This document shows, piece by piece, positions 58,313 through 64,000 of a stretch of DNA of 64,000 nt. The stretch's first letter is position 1; each line of letters begins with the position of its first letter. The position numbers and the translations under genes were made by a program. Origin of the DNA: Nitrososphaerota archaeon (GTDB taxonomy: Archaea > Thermoproteota > Nitrososphaeria > Conexivisphaerales > UBA164); the NCBI GenBank assembly GCA_009903795.1, contig WYER01000008.1:5684-69683 (forward strand). The letters run 5' to 3'. The notes under the pieces were generated by a model. It ran no database searches. It saw only the letters and a program-made list of their open reading frames with translations, and was not told the origin of the DNA.

Positions 58313-58896
58313 ATAATAGAAAAGTTCTCATCCATACGCGTCTAGCTACGTCCAACTGGCAAAGCCACGTTTATTGCTGATTTTTAATTTATCAGAGTTC
58401 TGGCATTCCTCTTCAAGGCGTTGCGAATTCCTCTATCGAAGCTCGGTTACTATCGAATAGCTTTTGTCATAGTGGAGTCCCCTGTTTATGGAACTTGACC
58501 CTCATTAGTTTGTAACTTCTTCCCGCTTAAGGCGTTAGAAGAAGCTGTAAAGCCTCCTTTCTAGTAATAGCTTTTGCTTTTATTTTCCCTGATCTTGGCA
58601 CTTTCCTCTAAGTTTGAACACATAGAAATCTCCTTTAGTTACTCAACTGACATCCTCCCCGCCTTAAAAGGCGATTGTTACTTCAAGGCGGATCATGGGT
58701 TTGTGGTTTATCGCCTTCATCTTCATGACTTCATAGCTAGTGGTTACCCACCCGCTCCGCTCGTCCAGCGATAGACCACGGGCTGTGCCTTCAGCTATTT
58801 ACCCCTATCCTCAAAGAACTCAGTATAGGGAAAGCCCTCGTGAGACATTTCCCTACGGCGCACGCTTTATAATGTTTTAGTAATTTAAATATTACT
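58313..58896. other. pyrimidine-rich non-coding block flanked by family A and family C modules
   Basis: No credible ORF on either strand. Minus-strand frames give only short protein-like stretches separated by stops. Recurrent (C)TT(C/A)AAGGCG motifs. Confidence 0.4.
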
Positions 58897-58935
58897 CCGT
58901 CTCTAGAAGAGGCGAGGCTTTCGTTCATTTTGTAA
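58897..58935 (-). repeat. repeat family C, copy 2 (inverted)
   Basis: Its reverse complement TTACAAAATGAACGAAAGCCTCGCCTCTTCTAGAGACGG differs from 4813-4852 at about 3 positions. Confidence 0.65.
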
Positions 58936-58951
58936 GGTTAAAACTGTACAT

Positions 58952-59793
58952 TTATTTTGATGATATGTATATGCCGGCCGCCAGAAGGATGTACCCGAAA
59001 AGCTCTGTATACAAAAGCGTTTCCCCGAAGATCAGATAGCTAAAAACAACGGAAATTGCCGGAACAAGGAAAAGGTAGGGCGTTATCTTGCTTACTTCAT
59101 GCTTAGAGTAAAGGTAAACATAAGCCAGAAAGGTAAAAGCTGTCCCAGGAATGGCTATGATCAGCATGACCCCCAGAAAAAGGCGTTAAGGGCTGAGCTG
59201 ATCCTAAAAAAGGGGAAAAGAGCAAGCGAAAGGGGCAGAGAGTACAGCATCTGATATGCATTAACGAGCTTATAATCGTAAGCTGAAAGGTACTTCTTGT
59301 AGACGATTATGCTGAGGGCCCATGAAAAGGCCGACCCGATAACTAACAACATCGCGAAGATGTTGTTAAAGCTTGATTCGCTGAAAAATATCATGAATAT
59401 ACCAGAAAAGCCAATGAGCGTTCCGATGATCTTGTTCCTGGTTACCCTTTCCTTTAGTATAATTGCAGAGAGAATGACTGCTATAACGGGATACGTGTAC
59501 ATTAAAATCACTGAGAGTGATGGCGATATGTAGCTTTCTCCAACGTACCATAAGGTCCAGCTGCTGTATATCCCGAGGAAGCTGAAGATAAAAAGGTACA
59601 AGTTTGCCTTTAAGCCCTTCAATGGGACAAAGCTTCTTGGAGTTACTATTAGAAGAAAAGCAACAGTCATTAGGAGCCTCAAAAACGCAAGTAAAAACGG
59701 GTTAACGAAGGCTAAGGCTATCTTTACAAGAGTGTAGTTCAAGGCCCAAAATGTAACCAGCCAGGAAAAGGCAAGTCCTTCTTTCTTTTCCAC
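58952..59793 (-). pseudogene. EamA/DMT-family transporter split by a -1 frameshift in a G5 (C5 on + strand, 59170-59174) run
   Basis: The 210-aa and 71-aa ORFs overlap at ...NAFFWG|VMLIIAIPGTAFTF. Joined, they give about 280 aa with two EamA repeats. Confidence 0.7.
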
Positions 59794-60531
59794 ATCAACA
59801 ATTCAAAAACGCTATATATAACGCAAACTGTTTTATCCGTTCTTTATCAGCACGACAGCTATGATAGCTGCCCCAATCATGATTATAAAAAGCGATATAA
59901 GTAAAGCGTTCATGAAAAATTTTTATAAGCTGAAGCTTTAAGTATCAAAGTAAAAAATGTTTTTTAGTTTGTAAAAATTTTCAGTCAAGCTGATCCTTTC
60001 ACGCTCTTATCTTTAGATCAAAGCTGTTGTCTAATTTTATAATAAATTTCCCAACTTAACAGTTTTTGTAAGCAGCTTTCTTTTAAATAGCTTTAAACTT
60101 TCAAGTGGATTAATCAAATATAGGGATACTCAAATTATTTTAAATTTTTCCATAGGATGCAGTTGCAAGCTGATATGCCAATACCATTTTTTGAATTTTT
60201 TCCTTAAAACCTAGACTTTATGATCACAATACAGTTGTCGCGAAAGTCAATCTCAACGATAAGAGATTTTTGGGCATGACAACATCTTTTATTTTCTTTT
60301 CTTTATAATGAATTATTTATACATTCTCATTTGCTGCTTTAGATTGTTTACTTTCAGTACAGGTTTAAAAAAGCATTGTCCATAGATTTTTCCGATTTCT
60401 GAAAAAAGTTTGGGCTTTACAATTATCATATATATAATATTCTAATATTCATATATAATATTGTTAGTGATTTGCAAAAACGTTAAACGCAATTATGCTA
60501 AAAAGTTTTGATTTAATAAAAGGGGAAGCTA

Positions 60532-61689
60532 TCAAGAAATAGCTGAAGGTTTTGAAATCTTGGCAAGGTACATGTAGATCAGGTAGATCGCGGCTGTTGG
60601 CGCTATCACGACTATAAAAGTTAAAGATATTCCTACAAATGAAGCTATAATCCCAGATATGAAAGGCGTGAGAAGCCAGATCAGGTTGTTAATCGATATA
60701 TAATAAGAGTTGGCCGCATAGATCTCTTCATCGCCGTAAGACCTTCTCAGGATTATCAGTGAAACCGGCCAGAACAGTCCATGAGGGAAACCAAGGATTG
60801 CATATCCTACAATAAAAAGCATGAGGTTTAAGTGGGTTCCCACAAGTAAAAGGCCTAGAACAGTAAGTAGGCTGCCGAGTGCTACAGAACGATCTATTGA
60901 GCGAACAGGCCTGAGCGTGAGGTAAAACCTGGTTAGAAAAGAAGTTATGAAGAAAACAGAGTACATAGCAACTGAAACAGAGTAGCTAAGTTTAAAGGCC
61001 TGCCTTGCGAGTATCGCTCCATAGTACGTCATGGCCACAAAAGGAAAAGTGTAGATTGCGTTTGAAGCAACGGCCTTCCAGAAATACGGCCTTTTTATTA
61101 TTCCTGATCCATTTATTTTAGCTTCGTTCCTGCCGCTAAGCCTCATGAAAAAGGCAGATACCATGCTTATCAAAACCAGAGCTGAGAACATAGCCAGTGA
61201 GATCTTCAGGTTCTCTTTCGTTAAGACTAAAAAGCCTGAGGATATGAAAGGTGCAACCGCTAAACTTGTGGAGAGGGCCAATGAATAAAAAGCTATTGCC
61301 CTTTCCCTTTCTTTTGGATCCTCGACAGTTCCTGCTGAAGAAATTATCAAAGGGCTTGTAGCCCCTGTTGCTAGACCTTCAACCAGTATGAAAAACCACA
61401 CGTTTGCCCCTGTATAAAAGGGAACAAGAGCTATAACTATCAGCAAGAGCGTTATTGATAAAATAAAGTAAGGCCTTAACTTCTTGATCCTTTGGTTTAT
61501 GAAGAACGAAGTTATGAAAGAGCCTATCCCGCCTATCCCGCCCAAATACATTATTAGGGAAGGCTGAAAGTTGAACTCGTACTTCGCTATCAGCGGCAGC
61601 ATCGTGGAATAAGCGTTGGTTGTGGCCCTCCAAAAGAAAGTAAGGATGAAGAGCAGCAAAAGGTAGATGAAGTATTTTCTGGACTTCAA
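60532..61689 (-). CDS. major facilitator superfamily transporter
   Basis: 385 aa, about 12 TM segments. Confidence 0.6.
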   Translation of the reverse strand: MKSRKYFIYLLLLFILTFFWRATTNAYSTMLPLIAKYEFNFQPSLIMYLGGIGGIGSFITSFFINQRIKKLRPYFILSITLLLIVIALVPFYTGANVWFFILVEGLATGATSPLIISSAGTVEDPKERERAIAFYSLALSTSLAVAPFISSGFLVLTKENLKISLAMFSALVLISMVSAFFMRLSGRNEAKINGSGIIKRPYFWKAVASNAIYTFPFVAMTYYGAILARQAFKLSYSVSVAMYSVFFITSFLTRFYLTLRPVRSIDRSVALGSLLTVLGLLLVGTHLNLMLFIVGYAILGFPHGLFWPVSLIILRRSYGDEEIYAANSYYISINNLIWLLTPFISGIIASFVGISLTFIVVIAPTAAIYLIYMYLAKISKPSAIS

Positions 61690-61734
61690 CTATCTTTACA
61701 AAATAACAGTACATTAATAAGCTAAGCTGTTTTT

Positions 61735-63054
61735 TCAAAACCTGACTATGTCGTCTTCTTCTAGGTACTCCCCTGTCTGAACCTCTATGATTTCGAGCGG
61801 TATCTTTCCTGGGTTCTCAATTTTGTGTTTCTTCCCCATCGGAACAAAAAAACTTTCGTTTTCCGCTACTATAACCTCTTTACCATCGTAGGTTACTTTG
61901 GCTGTACCCCTTACAACGACCCAGTGCTCTGCCCTGTGGAAGTGCATCTGATAGCTAAGCGATTTTCCGGGAGCTATGTAAAGCTTCTTGACTTTGTACC
62001 TGGGTCCTTCTTCGAGAATTATGTAATATCCCCAGGATCTATACATTATAGGCGACCTTTTTGCCTCTTTTCTGCCATCAAGCGCCTTCACTATTTCTTT
62101 TGTCTTTTCAGAAAGCGACCTAGGTATTACAAAAGTTACGTCTCTTGTTGATATCACAGCCAAATCATTAACCCCATAAAGCACTGTAAGCCTTCCTTCA
62201 GAAATTCCGAGCGAACCATGGGAATCAAGAGCATAAACGTCCCCGTACACCGCGTTTCCGTCCTTGTCCTTTTTCATAACTTCATAAAAGCTCTCCCATG
62301 ATCCCATGTCTTTCCACAGCCCGGTGAACTCTGCAACAGAAACATTATCATACTTTTCGACTATGCCTTTATCGAACGAAACCTCCGGTAGATCCTCATA
62401 CCCCTTTGCTTTTTTTTCGAACACTACATCGTAAACCTCAGGGAGGTGTCTTTTGAAAGCAATTTCAGCCGTCTTTTTTTTCATGTAGAACATGCCCATG
62501 TTCCACAAGTATTCCCCGCTTTTGTAGAACATTTCAGCTTCTTTCAAGTCAGGTTTTTCAAAGAACCCTGACGCCTTTAACTTTACTTCGTTTATCCTCT
62601 GACCTTTCTTTATATATCCGTAACCAGTTGCCGGCCCTTCAGGCTTGTGCCCGAAAAGCAGTATTTCGCCTTCCTCAGGTTTTACCTTCTTGACGAGTTC
62701 TAGAAAGCTTTCGTCAAGCATGTGGTCCGAAGGCACGAAAAGGTAGTCATCATCTTCAAGAATGCTGAGTGCATAAGCTATGGCTGGAGCTGTTCCCCGC
62801 GCAGCCGGTTCCTGTAACACGTTTTCAAGGCTTATTCCTTTAACTTCGTAGGAAAAAAAGGGGTAAAGCTGCTTTGAAGTAATTATATAAATTTCCGAAA
62901 GCTTTGAGAACATATTTACAGACCTTTGTATTAGGCTTTCCCCGTTAATTATCTTAAGGAACTGCTTTGGATAATCCTCCCTACTTAGGGGCCATAGCCT
63001 TGTTCCTTTACCTCCAGCAAGTATGACTGTCTTCACGCAGAAATATAGCACCAA
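61735..63054 (-). CDS. manC: mannose-1-phosphate guanylyltransferase / mannose-6-phosphate isomerase (bifunctional, cupin C-terminus)
   Basis: VILAGGKGTRLWPLSRE, C-terminal cupin (SYQMHFHRAEHWVVVRG). The likely real start is GTG 63036. Confidence 0.85.
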   Translation of the reverse strand: MVLYFCVKTVILAGGKGTRLWPLSREDYPKQFLKIINGESLIQRSVNMFSKLSEIYIITSKQLYPFFSYEVKGISLENVLQEPAARGTAPAIAYALSILEDDDYLFVPSDHMLDESFLELVKKVKPEEGEILLFGHKPEGPATGYGYIKKGQRINEVKLKASGFFEKPDLKEAEMFYKSGEYLWNMGMFYMKKKTAEIAFKRHLPEVYDVVFEKKAKGYEDLPEVSFDKGIVEKYDNVSVAEFTGLWKDMGSWESFYEVMKKDKDGNAVYGDVYALDSHGSLGISEGRLTVLYGVNDLAVISTRDVTFVIPRSLSEKTKEIVKALDGRKEAKRSPIMYRSWGYYIILEEGPRYKVKKLYIAPGKSLSYQMHFHRAEHWVVVRGTAKVTYDGKEVIVAENESFFVPMGKKHKIENPGKIPLEIIEVQTGEYLEEDDIVRF

Positions 63055-63374
63055 CTTTCTATTAATCTTAACTTTTGCTGAAGTTTGTAAATTTTCAATC
63101 TCTAATAATAGATCAAAATTTCATTAACGAAAAATGTGCTTCACCGCTATAAGAACGCGCGAGTGTTTACGTTTTCCATAAGGTTAAAACGCCATTTACG
63201 CTAAAAGTTTTTATCTACTTGTAAAGATGGTAGTCCGCATATAAAAGGCATTTTAATAAAAACTAATACTTGAAGTTAAGGCTACAGCTAGTAACTTTGT
63301 TAAAAATAAAAAATATATATTGATATATATTTTATTACCAAAATATATAAAAAATACTTAATTTAAAATTTTTC

Positions 63375-64000
63375 ATGGTTTCGCCTGAAAAAGTTAGGCC
63401 TGTACACTGGCTGATCAGCACCCTATCAGCTATGGGCGTTTTTCTTGACGGTTATGACCTTAACGTTATAGCTTTCAGCATACTGATCATATCTTCAGTA
63501 TATAAAATAAGTGTCTCAAGTCCTCTTTACCCGCTTTTGCTATCAAGCGGGCTGATAGGTATGGCTATAGGAGGTGTTATTTTCGGCTCTGTTGCTGACA
63601 GAATAGGAAGAAAATCAATGTTTATTATAGATATAATAATGTTCGTGGTTTTTACAGCTCTTTCAGCGCTCGCTGTCAACGTGTTAGAAATTATAATATT
63701 CAGAATTTTGATGGGTATAGGGATCGGCGCCGATTATCCGGTTAGCTCATCGCTTATAGCTGAAATGTCTCCCACTTCTAACAGAGGGATGCTTCTGATG
63801 TACGGTATAATGTTTTACTGGTTAGGCGTTCTTGTTTCTGGCGCTGTAAATTATCTTGTATTGCCTTTTGGCGCTGAAATAGCGTGGAGGCTCGCTCTTG
63901 GTGTTGGCGCTGTCCTAGCTGTGCCGGTGATAATAGCAAGATGGTTAATGCCAGAATCGTTCAGATGGCTTAAAGCATCTGGTAAGGACAAAGAAGCTGA
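63375..64000 (+). CDS. MFS transporter (sugar-porter/metabolite:H+ symporter-like), N-terminal part; continues past the window end
   Basis: Not in the track because there is no stop. My translation reads MVSPEKVRPVHWLISTLSAMGVFLDGYDLNVIAF...GSVADRIGRKSMF...RILMGIGIGADYPVSSSLIAEMSP...ESFRWL. Confidence 0.75.
   Translation, partial: MVSPEKVRPVHWLISTLSAMGVFLDGYDLNVIAFSILIISSVYKISVSSPLYPLLLSSGLIGMAIGGVIFGSVADRIGRKSMFIIDIIMFVVFTALSALAVNVLEIIIFRILMGIGIGADYPVSSSLIAEMSPTSNRGMLLMYGIMFYWLGVLVSGAVNYLVLPFGAEIAWRLALGVGAVLAVPVIIARWLMPESFRWLKASGKDKEA

Noticed and set aside
59833-59913. 26-aa hydrophobic mini-ORF (MNALLISLFIIMIGAAIIAVVLIKNG) upstream of the DMT gene
   Set aside because: It is too short and compositionally trivial to support without conservation or expression data.
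59794-60531. Replication origin
   Set aside because: AT-richness alone is insufficient. There are no ORB or mini-ORB repeats and no adjacent orc1/cdc6.

Overview
AT-rich archaeal chromosomal segment. Archaeal informational genes are present: aIF2-beta, RpoP, S15, S17e, Pelota, Cdc48, class I LysRS, archaeal ProRS and an A1A0/V-type ATPase. A eukaryote-like topoisomerase IB points to a Thaumarchaeota/TACK-related lineage. Two class II tRNAs with very GC-rich stems in an AT-rich genome suggest a thermophile. I can support about 65 protein genes, 2 tRNAs and several repeat families. I see no CRISPR array, rRNA, transposase/integrase ORF or recognisable defence system. The main observations are:

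- **Asp-to-chorismate cluster:** a ~9.5-kb string of overlapping genes (ask-asd-aroA'-aroB'-aroD-aroE-aroK-aroA-aroC-chorismate mutase fusion).
- **Intergenic repeats:** intergenic regions are built from mosaic dispersed repeat modules (families A-D below), and there are two 400-650-bp pyrimidine-rich blocks that look non-coding.
- **Gene disruptions:** three genes are interrupted at homopolymer runs and one gene lacks an in-frame start codon. This means either assembly error or real decay.
- **Compositional change:** sustained higher GC from ~52.0 kb to the window end.
- **Unusual architectures:** a PurM-like/ThiN fusion beside a binding-protein-less NitT/TauT ABC transporter, a chorismate mutase fused to a degenerate domain, an orphan encapsulated-ferritin homologue without a targeting tail, and a BlaI/BlaR1-like pair.

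All alignments, translations and GC counts were done by eye or by hand. No database search was possible.
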